A stretch of DNA of 32,000 nucleotides, from contig NC_015913.1 in the NCBI RefSeq assembly GCF_000270205.1, positions 1,530,329 through 1,562,328 on the forward strand, given 5' to 3'. Made by a program: the position numbers and the translations under genes. Position 1 is the stretch's first letter, and each line of letters begins with the position of its first letter. The notes beneath the pieces were generated by a model. It was not told the DNA's origin and searched no databases. It was given only the letters and a program-made list of their open reading frames with translations. Shown one piece after another: positions 9,115 to 20,610 of the stretch. This DNA is from Candidatus Arthromitus sp. SFB-mouse-Japan (GTDB lineage Bacteria > Bacillota > Clostridia > Clostridiales > Clostridiaceae).

Positions 9115-10587
9115 CTAATCATTCCTTAAGGGTTTCATTGTAGGAAATAATATTACATCTCTTATAGAATAAGAATTCGTCAAAAACATTACAATCCTAT
9201 CAATTCCAATTCCAAGACCACCCGTTGGAGGCATACCATACTCAAGAGAATACATAAAATCCTCATCTATAGAATAAGCCTCATCATCTCCAAGTTCACG
9301 CTCAAGCTCTTGCTTTAAAAATCTTTCCCTCTGAACTATAGGGTCATTAAGTTCTGAATACGCATTGCATATTTCACGACCATATATGAATCCTTCAAAT
9401 CTTTCAGTAAAATCATCATCTCCTCTTTTCTTTTTCGTAAGTGGAGATATTTCAACTGGATAATCGATAATAAAAGTTGGCTGTATTAATTTATTCTCCA
9501 CATATTTTTCAAACATTGCATTTAAAATTTCACCTTTAGAACAATCTTTAAGATCCTTTTTAAACTCAAGCTCATGTTCTTTTGCAATATTATAAGAATC
9601 TTCTATTGTTAAAGTTTTAAAATCAATACCAGAATATTCTCTTACAGCATCAAGCATAGTTATCCTTCTCCACGGAGGAGTAAAATCAATCTCTGTTCCC
9701 TGATACTCAACTTTCATACTTCCACAAACTTTTAAACACACGCTAGATATTAAATCTTCTGTAAGTCTCATCATATCATTATAATCAGAATAAGCTTCAT
9801 AAAGCTCAATCATAGTAAATTCTGGATTATGTTTTATATCGATTCCCTCATTCCTAAAATTTTTACCCATTTCATAAACCTTATCAAATCCAGAAACTAT
9901 AAGCCTTTTTAAATAAAGTTCTGTTGCAATTCTCAAATACATATCCATATTAAGCGTATTATGATGAGTTAAAAACGGACGCGCCGCAGCACCTCCTGCA
10001 ATTAAGGAAAGTATTGGAGTTTCAGCCTCTAAATACCCTCTATTATCTAAAAACAACCGTATCTCAGATATTATCTTGCTTCTCTTTAAAAAAACATCTT
10101 TAACATCCCTATTCATTATTATATCTATTTCTCTGTGTCTATATCTTAAATCCGGATCTGTTATACCGTGAAACTTCTCTGGAAGAACTCTTAGAGATTT
10201 TGATATCAAATCAATCTTTAAAACTCTTATAGTAACTTCTCCAACTTTAGTTTTAAACACTTCACCTTCAACCCATATGATATCACCTATATCATAAGAA
10301 AAAACGCTATCTAACGTCTCTTTACCCACTATATCTACTTTAATAAAAATTTGAATCTGCCCTAATGTATCCTGTATAGTTATAAATCCTGCCTTTCCTT
10401 GTCCTCTCTTAGTCATAATTCTTCCAGCAAGCTTTACAATCTTACCTTCATAATCTAAATAATTATCAATTATATTCTTAGAATAATCTGAAACATCTAC
10501 CTTATAAACATTAAATGGATCCATTCCTTTTTCTTGAAGATCACTGAGTTTATTACGGCGTATTATCTCTTGTTCATTAAATTCCAT
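9115..10587 (-). CDS. lysS: Lysyl-tRNA synthetase, class II
   Basis: OB-fold N-terminus ([19 protein letters not shown]), [34 protein letters not shown]-like [37 protein letters not shown]. Confidence 0.97.
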   Translation of the reverse strand: MEFNEQEIIRRNKLSDLQEKGMDPFNVYKVDVSDYSKNIIDNYLDYEGKIVKLAGRIMTKRGQGKAGFITIQDTLGQIQIFIKVDIVGKETLDSVFSYDIGDIIWVEGEVFKTKVGEVTIRVLKIDLISKSLRVLPEKFHGITDPDLRYRHREIDIIMNRDVKDVFLKRSKIISEIRLFLDNRGYLEAETPILSLIAGGAAARPFLTHHNTLNMDMYLRIATELYLKRLIVSGFDKVYEMGKNFRNEGIDIKHNPEFTMIELYEAYSDYNDMMRLTEDLISSVCLKVCGSMKVEYQGTEIDFTPPWRRITMLDAVREYSGIDFKTLTIEDSYNIAKEHELEFKKDLKDCSKGEILNAMFEKYVENKLIQPTFIIDYPVEISPLTKKKRGDDDFTERFEGFIYGREICNAYSELNDPIVQRERFLKQELERELGDDEAYSIDEDFMYSLEYGMPPTGGLGIGIDRIVMFLTNSYSIRDVILFPTMKPLRND

Positions 10588-10609
10588 ATTCGTACTCCCC
10601 TTAAATTAT

Positions 10610-11089
10610 CTACTTCCTCTGTATTTTAACAATCTTATACTTGCAGTTTCCACCTGGAGTATTAACTATAAATTCTTCATCTACTTTCCTTCCTATAATC
10701 TCTGCACCAACAGGCGACTCATTTGATATCTTATTTTCAAAAGTATTGGTCTCAGCCGACCCAACTATTGTATATGTAACTTCCTCTTCAAATTCAAAAT
10801 CATAAAGTGTAACTACAGATCCAATAGATACGACATCTGTTGAAATCTCACTTTCATCTATAAGTTCAATATTTTTAAGTTTATTTTCTATCTCAGCAAT
10901 TCTTCCTTCAACGAAAGCTTGTTCATTCTTAGCCTCATCATATTCTGAATTCTCACTTAAATCACCATATCCACGAGCAACCTTAATCTTTTCTGTAACT
11001 TCTTTTCTTTTAATAGTTTTTAGATATTCAAGCTCTTCCTCTAATTTGCGCAAACCATCATTAGTAATTAGATATTTCTTATCACTCAT
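10610..11089 (-). CDS. greA: Transcription elongation factor GreA
   Basis: [21 protein letters not shown]...[27 protein letters not shown]...[23 protein letters not shown]. Confidence 0.96.
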   Translation of the reverse strand: MSDKKYLITNDGLRKLEEELEYLKTIKRKEVTEKIKVARGYGDLSENSEYDEAKNEQAFVEGRIAEIENKLKNIELIDESEISTDVVSIGSVVTLYDFEFEEEVTYTIVGSAETNTFENKISNESPVGAEIIGRKVDEEFIVNTPGGNCKYKIVKIQRK

Positions 11090-11176
11090 AAATACAATCT
11101 TCTCCTTTAATAAAAAATTACTAATAAAAAACTATTTGATAATTATAAAATAATATTAGTTTGTGTGTCAATGTAA

Positions 11177-12151
11177 TCAAGCTATATTCTTATATTCTTC
11201 CAACAAATTTAATATTTTATTAGGATCAGTCATTTTAAATATCTCACTTTTAAGTTCAGTCGCTCCGTGAAGTCCTTTAAGATACCAACCTATTTGCTTA
11301 CGCATCCCAAACACTGCCACTCTCTCCTCTTCATATTTTAAAGCTTTATTATAATGTTCAATTAAATCGCTAACAATAAATTCATGTGTTCTTACTTTAG
11401 GAATATACTTCTTACCTTCAAGCTTCGAATTTAAATAATTATTTAAATCTTCAAATATCCAAGGCCTACCATGAGATCCACGGGCAACAGCTGCAAATCT
11501 ACATCCAGTATGATCTAAAATATCAAATCCATCATTACAATTAAATATATCACCATTTGCAATGATAGGAGTTTTAACCATCTTATTAGCTTCTCTTATA
11601 ACATCCCAATCTGCCTTCCCTTTATACATCTGCTTTGTATATCTACCATGTATTGTTATAAAATCAATATCATTACATTCAAGTACTTTTATAACATCAT
11701 AACAATTTATCTTATTTTCATAATATCCAATCCTTATCTTAACCGATAATGGCTTCTTTACTGCACTTCTCAATTTATATGTTATCTCATCAACTTTCTT
11801 GAGATCGAGCGTAAGAGCAGACCCATCACCGTTTTTAATTATCTTTGAGGCAGGACATCCCATATTAACATCTAATATTTTTACATAATCAAGACTTGAT
11901 ATAATTTCACCTGCATGTACTAAATGCTCAGGATTACTCCCAAATATCTGAACTCCAACTTTCTCTTCCAAGTCACCCTTTTCAAATATTTTCTCAGTTT
12001 TATCACTTTTATAATAAAGTGCCGTTGAACTCACCATTTCTGTAAAATTTATCCCATCATGATACTTTACACACATCTCACGAAAAGCAATATTATTTAC
12101 ACCTGCCATCGGAGATAAAATAAATCTACTTTTAAATTCATCATATACCAT
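11177..12151 (-). CDS. dusB: tRNA-dihydrouridine synthase (DusB-like)
   Basis: FILSPMAGVNNIAFREMC, DVNMGCPASKIIKNGDGSAL, KPLSVKIRIGY, ITIHGRYTKQMYKGKADW, ANGDIFN, ARGSHGRPWIF. Confidence 0.92.
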   Translation of the reverse strand: MVYDEFKSRFILSPMAGVNNIAFREMCVKYHDGINFTEMVSSTALYYKSDKTEKIFEKGDLEEKVGVQIFGSNPEHLVHAGEIISSLDYVKILDVNMGCPASKIIKNGDGSALTLDLKKVDEITYKLRSAVKKPLSVKIRIGYYENKINCYDVIKVLECNDIDFITIHGRYTKQMYKGKADWDVIREANKMVKTPIIANGDIFNCNDGFDILDHTGCRFAAVARGSHGRPWIFEDLNNYLNSKLEGKKYIPKVRTHEFIVSDLIEHYNKALKYEEERVAVFGMRKQIGWYLKGLHGATELKSEIFKMTDPNKILNLLEEYKNIA

Positions 12152-12184
12152 CGTTTAATTTTCTCCTTATAAACATAAATAAAA

Positions 12185-12209
12185 AAGTCTTAGATAAAAT
12201 CTAAGACTT
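12185..12209 (-). terminator. Terminator downstream of ftsH
   Basis: AAGTCTTAGAT-ttt-ATCTAAGACTT then TTTTATTTAT on the minus strand. Confidence 0.85.
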
Positions 12210-12213
12210 ACTT

Positions 12214-14019
12214 TTAAGAGTTTTTGAATAATTCTTCAAACTCTTCACCATCAAGCTTTTCTTTCTCTATTAGAGCCTTGGCAACTGCATGAAGTTTTGA
12301 TATGTTCTCTGACAAAAGCGTTTGAGTTTTATTATACGCTTTATCTACTATTTTTTTAATTTCTTTATCAATTTTAGATCCTAGCTCTTCTGAAAAATTT
12401 CTACTCTTTGTGAAATCTCTTCCCAAAAATACTTCATTATCTCCTCCAAAAGAAATAGTTCCAATTTCTTCACTCATACCATATTCCATAACCATTTTTC
12501 TTGCGATGTTACTAACTCTATCAATATCATTTTTAGCTCCTGTGCTTATATCGCCTAGAACTAATTTCTCGGCAACACGACCACCTAAAAGTGATATCAT
12601 ATCTTTCTCAAGGTCAGACTTAGAAATATAATCCTTATCCTCATCAGGTAAATGCATAGTGTATCCACCTGCCATACCTCTTGGTATAATACTTATCTCA
12701 TGAACTTTATCATATTTATCTAACAATCTAGATACAACCGCATGACCAGCTTCATGATAAGCTGTAAGCTTATTAGTTTTCTCAGTCCTAATCTTACTTT
12801 TCTTCTCAGGACCAGCTAATACCCTAGTTATAGCTTCTTCCATTTCATTCATAGTTATAAATTTCTTGCCACGTCTAACTGCTAATAAAGATGCTTCATT
12901 AGTTAAATTTTCAAGATCAGCTCCAGTAAATCCAGGAGTTCTTTTAGCAAGTACATCTAATTTAATTTCCTCTGATAAAGGTTTATTTTTAACATGTATC
13001 TTAAGTATTTCTTCTCTACCCTTAACATCAGGTGCTCCAACTATTATTTGTCTATCAAATCTTCCTGGTCTTAATAATGCAGGATCTAATATATCAGGTC
13101 TATTTGTTGCTGCAATTATTATTATTCCCTCATTTACTCCAAATCCATCCATTTCTACAAGTAACTGATTCAAAGTTTGCTCTCTTTCATCATGTCCTCC
13201 ACCAAGACCTGCTCCTCTATGTCTACCTACAGCATCAATCTCATCTATAAATATAATACATGGAGAATTTTTCTTAGCTTCATTAAATAAATCTCTAACT
13301 CTTGATGCACCTACACCAACAAACATCTCAACAAAGTCTGAACCAGATATACTGAAAAACGGTACTCCTGCTTCACCAGCAACAGCTTTTGCAAGAAGGG
13401 TCTTACCAGTTCCAGGTGGTCCAAATAACAACACACCTTTAGGAATCCTTGCTCCCATTTCTATATACTTCCTAGGTTCTCTTAAGAAATCTACAATTTC
13501 TTCAAGCTCCTCTTTTTCTTCTTTAGCACCAGCAACCTCTTTAAAAGTTATCTTTTTAGTATCTTGAGTAGCCATTTTAGCCCTACTCTTACCAAAATTC
13601 ATAACTCCTCGTCCGCTTCCTCCACCTTGGGATTGTTGCATAAATAAAAACCACAAACCAAGGGACATTACAATAATTATTAAAGACGGAACAAATTGAA
13701 GCCAAGCAAAAACATTGCTTTGTTCTTCGTATAATTCAACTACTTCTCCATTTTTCGGATATTTATCAAATAATAAATTTAATCTATTTTGAGGTACAAC
13801 AGTAACAAATTGCTCTCTGTTTTTAAGGCTACCCTCTATAGCCAAACTTCCTTCTCTTATTTTTATACTTTGTACTTCATCATTTATCCAATACTGTTCA
13901 AACTTACTATATGGTATAGTTTTATCTGTCCTTGTAGATTCAAAATAAAAAAGTCCAACTATAAAAATCATAACAACTATTACAATCCAAGTTGTTATAT
14001 TCGAAAAGCTTTTCTTCAT
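12214..14019 (-). CDS. ftsH: ATP-dependent zinc metalloprotease FtsH
   Basis: [49 protein letters not shown]-type [25 protein letters not shown] zinc site, two N-terminal TM segments. GGGAGGGGGG before the ATG at 14019 favours that start over 14070. Confidence 0.97.
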   Translation of the reverse strand: MKKSFSNITTWIVIVVMIFIVGLFYFESTRTDKTIPYSKFEQYWINDEVQSIKIREGSLAIEGSLKNREQFVTVVPQNRLNLLFDKYPKNGEVVELYEEQSNVFAWLQFVPSLIIIVMSLGLWFLFMQQSQGGGSGRGVMNFGKSRAKMATQDTKKITFKEVAGAKEEKEELEEIVDFLREPRKYIEMGARIPKGVLLFGPPGTGKTLLAKAVAGEAGVPFFSISGSDFVEMFVGVGASRVRDLFNEAKKNSPCIIFIDEIDAVGRHRGAGLGGGHDEREQTLNQLLVEMDGFGVNEGIIIIAATNRPDILDPALLRPGRFDRQIIVGAPDVKGREEILKIHVKNKPLSEEIKLDVLAKRTPGFTGADLENLTNEASLLAVRRGKKFITMNEMEEAITRVLAGPEKKSKIRTEKTNKLTAYHEAGHAVVSRLLDKYDKVHEISIIPRGMAGGYTMHLPDEDKDYISKSDLEKDMISLLGGRVAEKLVLGDISTGAKNDIDRVSNIARKMVMEYGMSEEIGTISFGGDNEVFLGRDFTKSRNFSEELGSKIDKEIKKIVDKAYNKTQTLLSENISKLHAVAKALIEKEKLDGEEFEELFKNS

Positions 14020-14181
14020 TATTTTAACCCCCCTCCCTTTATCAAAATAAATACTATAAAATTTTATCACACCAATTTTTATTAAACAAGTCAGTTGTTT
14101 TATTATTTATCAAGTTATTTTATTTTTAGATATCTTCTTATTTACTAATCATTCCAATATAAAATATTACCAATTTTAAAT

Positions 14182-14721
14182 TTATTTATACACACTCTCA
14201 TCAAGCACACCTATGTATGATAAATTTCTATATTTTTCAGCATAATCAAGCCCATATCCAACTACAAATTCATTTCCAACTTTAAATCCTTTATATTTAG
14301 CATCTATATTTACCTTTCTACCACTAGGCTTATCCAATAACGTTATTATTTCAACACTTTTAGCACCCTTGCCTTTTATATAATTACAAATATAATTTAG
14401 CGTTATTCCCGTATCTATAATATCCTCAACAATTAATATATCCTTTCCCTCAACAGACATATCTAAATCTTTCATTATTCTAACTTGTCCTGAACTAATA
14501 ATTGAATTACCATAAGACGATACACCCATAAAATCAATTTCAACATATGTATTTATATATTTCATGAGATCAGCCATAAACATCAAAGACCCCTTTAATA
14601 TACACACAAGGAGTAACTCTCTATCTTTATAATCTCTACTTATTTCTTCTCCCAATAATTTAACCTTACCTTGAATTTGTTCCTTACTTATTAATATATT
14701 TTTAATATCATTATTTATCAT
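14182..14721 (-). CDS. hpt: Hypoxanthine(-guanine) phosphoribosyltransferase
   Basis: VCILKGSLMFMADLM, PRPP-binding IVEDIIDTGITL, GLDYAEKYRNL. GGAGG precedes the ATG. 11-nt overlap with tilS. Confidence 0.93.
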   Translation of the reverse strand: MINNDIKNILISKEQIQGKVKLLGEEISRDYKDRELLLVCILKGSLMFMADLMKYINTYVEIDFMGVSSYGNSIISSGQVRIMKDLDMSVEGKDILIVEDIIDTGITLNYICNYIKGKGAKSVEIITLLDKPSGRKVNIDAKYKGFKVGNEFVVGYGLDYAEKYRNLSYIGVLDESVYK

Positions 14722-16168
14722 AAATATTCTCCTCTATAAAATCTAATTTTATTTTCAATAATTTTTTACTATCAGGCATTACCTTATAATCATTACTATT
14801 TCTAACTCCAACCACCCAAACAATTGTATTATCAAAGCAAATTAAAGGTATACAACTCCTATTAAAAACCTTCTCATTTATAAAAAAATCTTTTAATTTT
14901 TTGTCCCTGTCCATCCCAAAAGGTTTAAATAAATCTCCTATCTTCTTATTCCTAATAGCTATAGATTCTTTCAAATCATCTATAGAGAAATATTTTTCAT
15001 AATTTAAAGTAAAATCTAAGTTGCAATTTTGATTCTCTAATACTTTAAAGCTAATTCTTAACTTTGAACCTAAAAACTTAACATTTCGCTCTATGAAATT
15101 CACTTCTCCAAGTTTAAGTTTTAATATATCATTTCTATCAATTAATTCTAAAAATGAATATTCAACATCCAAAATGTTTGGAGCTTTACTTAAAATTTTT
15201 ATACATTTATTATAATTTACAACAAATAAATTTTTCTTAATCTGTATGATCTTATATACATTTTTAATTGATAAATCTTCTATGTACTTTATATGTTTAA
15301 AACTTACATTATTAATATGTCCACAAAACATAAAAATACATTGTCTAATAAGTCTATATAAAATAGATTTATGTAATGTAAATACATTTTTTTGTATAGT
15401 TATACAATCACAATCAATACTTACGTATTTATCTATAAAACGTTTTACAATATCTGAAAAATATTCATTGTCATAGCTCGAGATTTCTTTTAAGGTTAAA
15501 ATATTTTTAGATATATCCTTAGAGAAACTTTCATTTATTTTTGGAATAAGCGATAGTCTAATTTTATTTCTTAAATAATCTTCAGACAAATTACTCTTAT
15601 CTATTATGAACTCTATATTATTGTTATTTAAATACCTCTCTATATCATTTAATCTACTTAAACACAATATAGGTCTTATATAAAAACCATCTCTTTTTAC
15701 TTTTATTCCCTCTATTCCTTCTATTCCAGTACCATTAAAAATTCTCATAATAATAGTCTCAACATCATCATCAGCGTGATGTGCTAAAGCACATTTTGTT
15801 ATGATACCTTTATTTTTCAAATTGGAAAATATATTATATCTAGTTTCCCTCCCTCCCATCTCTACAGATATCTTTCGTTCATTACTGTATTTTAAAACAT
15901 CAACTCTAAATGATTTAAACTCAATATTATTTTTTATACAAAAATTTTCAGAGAACTTCTCATCTAAATATGAATCGTTCCCTCTTAACATGTGATTTAC
16001 ATGAATTGCTAAAATCTTAAATCCTAAAGATAAAGATAATTTATTCAAAACATATGTCATAAAAACAGAATCGGCTCCACCAGATAAAGCGCATCCCACA
16101 ATTTCCCCATAGGAAATTAAATCATTTGAGATAATAAAATTCTTAATTTTCTTTATAGTATCATCCAT
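14711..16168 (-). CDS. tilS: tRNA(Ile)-lysidine synthetase
   Basis: PP-loop GCALSGGADSVFMTYVL, HVNHMLRG, HHADDDVETIIMRIFNGTG, C-terminal FKPFGMDRDKKLKDFFINEKV. GGAG-aaatttt-ATG supports a start at 16168. Confidence 0.93.
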   Translation of the reverse strand: MDDTIKKIKNFIISNDLISYGEIVGCALSGGADSVFMTYVLNKLSLSLGFKILAIHVNHMLRGNDSYLDEKFSENFCIKNNIEFKSFRVDVLKYSNERKISVEMGGRETRYNIFSNLKNKGIITKCALAHHADDDVETIIMRIFNGTGIEGIEGIKVKRDGFYIRPILCLSRLNDIERYLNNNNIEFIIDKSNLSEDYLRNKIRLSLIPKINESFSKDISKNILTLKEISSYDNEYFSDIVKRFIDKYVSIDCDCITIQKNVFTLHKSILYRLIRQCIFMFCGHINNVSFKHIKYIEDLSIKNVYKIIQIKKNLFVVNYNKCIKILSKAPNILDVEYSFLELIDRNDILKLKLGEVNFIERNVKFLGSKLRISFKVLENQNCNLDFTLNYEKYFSIDDLKESIAIRNKKIGDLFKPFGMDRDKKLKDFFINEKVFNRSCIPLICFDNTIVWVVGVRNSNDYKVMPDSKKLLKIKLDFIEENIYDK

Positions 16169-16219
16169 AAAATTTCTCCAAATATGCAATTTAATCTAAT
16201 TATAAGGATTTTTCAAAAA

Positions 16220-16255
16220 AAAATCAAAAGCCCTTTTATATTTAATAAAAGGGCT
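16220..16255 (-). terminator. Terminator between spoIIE and tilS
   Basis: Minus strand AGCCCTTTTAT-taaat-ATAAAAGGGCT then TTTGATTTTTTTTT. 11-bp perfect stem. Confidence 0.85.
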
Positions 16256-16267
16256 CTTATTTTTAAT

Positions 16268-18622
16268 TTAATTTTTGTATACTTTAGATACTATTACACT
16301 AACATCATCTTGAAAAGATCCTGAATTTAATATTTTAAATTCTCTTAAAATCTCTTCACATAATTTATCAGGAGATGATACATCACATCTCTTAAGAAAT
16401 GTATATAGCCACGCTTTATTTGATAAATCCTTAAAATGAATAAGTCCATCTGTTAAATGAACTAAAATATCTCCGCACTCAAGATCAAATTCAGAGCTTA
16501 ATATTCTTATATCATCATCTAAAGAGTTATCATTTAAATCCCTTTCATTTCCTAATATAAATACCTCATTATTCCTTTTTATATATGTAATAATAGATGA
16601 AAATTTTAAATAATTCATTTTCCCTGTATACAAATCAATTCTAGCAAAATCTATAGTAGATATTGCCTCATCTCTAAAAAATTTAAGGGAAATTATTGAT
16701 ATTATTTCTTTAATACAAGATGAAAGAGATAAACTTGTCCTTACAAATTTATATATTAAATCAACTGTAAACTTACTTTTATTATAAGCCTCAATTCCAG
16801 ATCCTATCCCATCACTCAATATAATTAAATAATCATCATTAATACTATTAGTACAAATATAACTATCTCCATTTTTATCTTTTTTAGATAATTGAAGGCA
16901 ATGAGATACAACATTATAACAATACTTCTCAACATATGTAACAATTATTTCATCATTAGAATTTATATATTTAGATGGTTCATCTTGTATAATCATCTCT
17001 CTATCTAAAGCAATATTTATAATATCTAACAAATCATTTTTATACTCTATAAATATATTATAAGGAAGAATTATCTTAACTTTTAATCGTTCGCTTTCTT
17101 CGTAACAAATAATATCAAAATATTTTATGTTAAATTTATTAAATTTACTTATAAGACTCTTTTCATAATTAACCTTTATTACAATGTCTTTTTTAACCTC
17201 TTTAATACTCTGATTAATTATATTGTGAAGATTTTTTAATTCATAAGACAACATATCTTGAGCTTCATAAATCCTTTCTTCATAAACCTTCTGTATATTA
17301 TAAAAATTAGAAATCTTATATAACTCATTTTTGAATTTATCTTTCCTTATACATAAACCATCTATATATTCTGTTAAACTTTTATCACCCTGTATAAAAT
17401 TATCAAGACTTAAAAGCATCTCTGTTCTAACTTTATTAAAATTAACTTTCCAACATTTATTAACATTACTACATTCTCCACAAACACTTTCTGCAAGTAT
17501 TTCAATATATATTTTCTTATCTAAAATTTTATATTTGAAATTGACATTAGATACTATCATATCTGACAATTCCTTAATTATATCATTAAACTCATTTATC
17601 TTTTGTATTCTCATATCAAGAGTATTAAATAATCTCTTATTTGTATAAAATTCCTTTTTATATTCTTCATTAAAATACATGGTTATCTTCATCAAATAAC
17701 TTTTAGGAACAACATCAAATATCACTGATCCTATAAATATCTCTATTAAAAATAAATTACTTCCAATATCCATAGATGACATATTAGATAATTTTAATAT
17801 TAATACACACACTATAGAAATAACAGATACAGTAAACCTTGATGATAAAGATAAAAACGAAGATACAGTTGCAATCACACTATATATAGCTATATACTCT
17901 GTAAAATTTCCATAAATAAATCCCATTATACTCCCAGAAAATACAGCACATATAACTCCAACTGACATTCCATTTATGTAAGACATCATAAATACAAATA
18001 ACACAATTAATATATTTGATAAATCAAGGTTAAAAATTTTAAACCCATTAATACCACAAAGAATTAAACATGTAGTTATTACCAAACATATTATATCTTC
18101 TTTTTTAAATATATAATTAGTATTAAAATAACTTATACTCTTAATAAATATGTCGAAAACATAATATAGTACATAAATAATCCCAACCTCTATAGTAATA
18201 GAAAATAAGGTAGGATATATAGAAAACCTCACATAAAAATATTTATATATATAACTTATCAAACAAATTAAAAGCAATATAAATAATCTGTGTTTCTTTT
18301 TAATGTTAAAAAATATTCCTAAAAATATCAGAATCATATTTATTATTATATATAAATCAAAAGAATCAAAATTTGATCTTATACTAAAATATCCCAATAT
18401 ACTAAAAATACCTACAAGAACAGTTAAAACCTTATTATTTTTAAACATGATAATAGCAGTAAATGCTATACCAATAGGAGCTATATAAAATAGTATGTTT
18501 ATACGACTTAATAATAATGCAATCAGAGCATATATTAAAAGTTTCTTAATATCCAATAAATTACTCAGCTTTTCATAATAATTTTCTCCATTATTATTGA
18601 ATAGTTTTCCATTATAAATCAT
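16268..18622 (-). CDS. spoIIE: Stage II sporulation protein E (membrane-bound PP2C phosphatase)
   Basis: Many N-terminal TM segments, then a soluble region ending in a PP2C domain: ILSDGIGSGIEAYNKSK, DILVHLTDGLIHF, GSFQDDVSVIVSKV. Positioned between the tRNA cluster and tilS, as in Bacillus. Confidence 0.9.
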   Translation of the reverse strand: MIYNGKLFNNNGENYYEKLSNLLDIKKLLIYALIALLLSRINILFYIAPIGIAFTAIIMFKNNKVLTVLVGIFSILGYFSIRSNFDSFDLYIIINMILIFLGIFFNIKKKHRLFILLLICLISYIYKYFYVRFSIYPTLFSITIEVGIIYVLYYVFDIFIKSISYFNTNYIFKKEDIICLVITTCLILCGINGFKIFNLDLSNILIVLFVFMMSYINGMSVGVICAVFSGSIMGFIYGNFTEYIAIYSVIATVSSFLSLSSRFTVSVISIVCVLILKLSNMSSMDIGSNLFLIEIFIGSVIFDVVPKSYLMKITMYFNEEYKKEFYTNKRLFNTLDMRIQKINEFNDIIKELSDMIVSNVNFKYKILDKKIYIEILAESVCGECSNVNKCWKVNFNKVRTEMLLSLDNFIQGDKSLTEYIDGLCIRKDKFKNELYKISNFYNIQKVYEERIYEAQDMLSYELKNLHNIINQSIKEVKKDIVIKVNYEKSLISKFNKFNIKYFDIICYEESERLKVKIILPYNIFIEYKNDLLDIINIALDREMIIQDEPSKYINSNDEIIVTYVEKYCYNVVSHCLQLSKKDKNGDSYICTNSINDDYLIILSDGIGSGIEAYNKSKFTVDLIYKFVRTSLSLSSCIKEIISIISLKFFRDEAISTIDFARIDLYTGKMNYLKFSSIITYIKRNNEVFILGNERDLNDNSLDDDIRILSSEFDLECGDILVHLTDGLIHFKDLSNKAWLYTFLKRCDVSSPDKLCEEILREFKILNSGSFQDDVSVIVSKVYKN

Positions 18623-18725
18623 TACTTCACCTTTAAAATAATTCCAATTTTTGTAAATAATTATATCACTTATTTACAAAAAAACATATTAATTTAATGT
18701 TAAGTAATTCCATAAAAAACTAAAA

Positions 18726-18751
18726 AAGAACAACCAAGAATGGTTGCTCTT
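18726..18751 (-). terminator. Terminator of the tRNA cluster
   Basis: Minus strand AAGAGCAACCA-ttct-TGGTTGTTCTT then TTTTAGTTTTTT (one G-U pair). Confidence 0.85.
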
Positions 18752-18764
18752 AAATATTCGATAA

Positions 18765-18841
18765 TGGTAGCGGAAATAGGACTCGAACCTACGACACACC
18801 GGGTATGAACCGATTGCTCTAGCCAACTGAGCTATTCCGCC
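18765..18841 (-). tRNA. tRNA-Met(CAT), elongator type
   Basis: GGCGGAATAGCTCAGTTGGCTAGAGCAATCGGTTCATACCCGGTGTGTCGTAGGTTCGAGTCCTATTTCCGCTACCA folds as a cloverleaf. Anticodon loop TTCATAC, C11-G24, encoded CCA. Confidence 0.93.
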
Positions 18842-18845
18842 AAAA

Positions 18846-18921
<76 letters not shown>

Positions 18922-18927
18922 ATAATA

Positions 18928-19016
18928 TGGTGCTGAAGACCGGACTCGAACCGGTACGGTATTTTAGTACCGCAGGATTTTAAGTCCTGTGCGTCTGCCA
19001 GTTTCGCCACTTCAGC
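18928..19016 (-). tRNA. tRNA-Leu(TAA)
   Basis: GCTGAAG...CTTCAGC acceptor stem, anticodon stem/loop CAGGA-CTTAAAA-TCCTG, long class II variable arm (CGGTACTAAAATACCGT), encoded CCA. Confidence 0.95.
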
Positions 19017-19048
19017 TTATTTATTAAATTGTTATTTTCTACTTTGTT

Positions 19049-19077
19049 AGTATATATCTTTTTAAATTATATGTCAA
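19049..19077 (-). promoter_or_regulatory. Sigma-A-type promoter of the tRNA cluster
   Basis: Minus strand TTGACA - 17 nt - TATACT, about 33 nt upstream of the tRNA-Leu 5' end. Confidence 0.8.
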
Positions 19078-19095
19078 TACTTTTTTAATATATTT

Positions 19096-19518
19096 TTATC
19101 CAAAATTTCTTTTATTATATCCTCTTTGTTTAGAATCTTGGTTCTTTCTAAAATCTTGCATCCTTTCCTCACTATCTTTTAAATATTTAGATAAAATATC
19201 CTCAAAATTTGATGCATTACTTTTTGGAGTAGCATGTATTCTATCATTATTTTTTTTATAGTTATTATTGCCCACATTTAATGAATTACCTTCTGCTTGT
19301 TTTAAAGATAAACTAATTTTACCAGAATCATCTATAGATAAAACCTTTACCCTAACATCTAACTTATCCTTTAAATAATCTCTTATATCCTTTATATATT
19401 TATTCGAAACCTCTGATATATGTACAAGCCCCGTTTCTCCATTAATATCTACAAAAGCACCGAAGTTAGTTATGTTAACAACCTTTCCTTCGTATATGTT
19501 CCCTATGACTAAAGCCAT
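19096..19518 (-). CDS. S1 RNA-binding domain protein (YabR-like)
   Basis: IGNIYEGKVVNITNFGAFVDINGETGLVHISEVS...VKVLSIDDSGKISLSLKQ: a single S1 domain with a polar tail. Confidence 0.88.
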   Translation of the reverse strand: MALVIGNIYEGKVVNITNFGAFVDINGETGLVHISEVSNKYIKDIRDYLKDKLDVRVKVLSIDDSGKISLSLKQAEGNSLNVGNNNYKKNNDRIHATPKSNASNFEDILSKYLKDSEERMQDFRKNQDSKQRGYNKRNFG

Positions 19519-19553
19519 ATTAATTTTATTCCTCCTTAAAATAATCTAATATT

Positions 19554-19838
19554 CTACTTAACTATATTAATTATAGATTTTTCTCCCTCAAATACATAAC
19601 CTAGTCTATCTCTAACTAAAACCTCTAAGTATTCCTTAGTATTTGATAAATTTAATTCATCTTTTAATAATTGAATTTCCCAGGTTATATCCTCTAGTTT
19701 ATCCTGATACTTCATAAATTCAACTTCTACATTATATCGATCAAAATCATTTTTAAACAGAGTGATCAAACTATAAATTAATATGACCAAAATCACAATA
19801 TTCCTAATAAAAAAAATACGTTTCCTTTGTTTAACCAA
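19554..19838 (-). CDS. divIC: Septum formation initiator family protein (DivIC/FtsB-like)
   Basis: Short basic N-terminus, one TM helix, coiled coil (WEIQLLKDELNLSNTKEYLEVLVRDRLGYVFEGEK). Synteny between yabQ and yabR. Confidence 0.8.
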   Translation of the reverse strand: MVKQRKRIFFIRNIVILVILIYSLITLFKNDFDRYNVEVEFMKYQDKLEDITWEIQLLKDELNLSNTKEYLEVLVRDRLGYVFEGEKSIINIVK

Positions 19839-19910
19839 AATAACCTCTTTGTAAATTAAATTTTCAATACATAAATATTTTAATACAATTTAGTTTTTTT
19901 TCAATATATT

Positions 19911-20291
19911 CTAATAATTTTTTTTATTTACAACTCTTGAAATAATATATATTAAATTTTTAAATATATATCTAATTATTTCCAAAAGGAAACCTACTAA
20001 ATTATTGATTATCCTATATATAAATATAGATATACACTTTGTATAAAATATAATACCTAATAATATATAAAAATAAGTATAAAACGATAGTATAGCATAC
20101 TGTGTGTTCAATAAAAATATAAACACTAATACCCCCACAACCATCCAATATATATGATCAATTATAATTCTAAAAACTTTATAATATACATCTCTAAATA
20201 ACACTCTATATATATCAAACCCTATTCCAAATATAACTCCAGATATAAAACTATAAAACAAAATCAATATCTGTATATCTAGGTTAATCAT
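19911..20291 (-). CDS. yabQ: Spore cortex biosynthesis protein YabQ
   Basis: 126 aa, hydrophobic multi-TM, FGIGFDIYRVLFR-like start, directly coupled (ATGA) to yabP. Confidence 0.82.
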   Translation of the reverse strand: MINLDIQILILFYSFISGVIFGIGFDIYRVLFRDVYYKVFRIIIDHIYWMVVGVLVFIFLLNTQYAILSFYTYFYILLGIIFYTKCISIFIYRIINNLVGFLLEIIRYIFKNLIYIISRVVNKKNY

Positions 20292-20602
20292 TTATTCTTA
20301 CCCAGTATTTTTTTAACTATACCTAACTTATTCTTATCACCTTTAAACTTCTTATCATCTAAATACTTACACTCATTAATGTTACCTGTAATACTAATTT
20401 CCCCATTTTTTAAATCTAACTTACTAATCTTAAGATTATTCCCTATAATTTCTAGTTTCTTTAGAACAGTATTTAGAGTTACCTTTTCTTCATCAAAAGA
20501 TAAAACTTCAAATACTCCAGTTATACTTATATTTTTTCTATTCTCAAGTAATATATTACTCTTCTTTATTAATTCTGTAGTATTATCTTTTTTATATTCC
20601 AT
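20288..20602 (-). CDS. yabP: Sporulation protein YabP
   Basis: LENRKNISITGVFEVLSFDEEKVTLNTVLKKLEIIGNNLKISKLDLKNGEISITGNI. GGAGG-taatt-ATG places the start at 20602. Confidence 0.88.
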   Translation of the reverse strand: MEYKKDNTTELIKKSNILLENRKNISITGVFEVLSFDEEKVTLNTVLKKLEIIGNNLKISKLDLKNGEISITGNINECKYLDDKKFKGDKNKLGIVKKILGKNK

Positions 20603-20610
20603 AATTACCT

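Noticed and set aside
12410-14085. Four plus-strand ORFs over ftsH
   Set aside because: Antisense to a highly conserved gene; biased Pro/Leu/Ile composition typical of reverse-frame reads.
15246-18488. Plus-strand ORFs over tilS and spoIIE (61-105 aa)
   Set aside because: Antisense frames without signatures or ribosome-binding evidence.
18765-18841. Considered tRNA-Ile2 (CAT, lysidine-modified) for the first CAT tRNA, since tilS is nearby
   Set aside because: Its acceptor stem and anticodon arm resemble Firmicute elongator tRNA-Met rather than tRNA-Ile(CAT).
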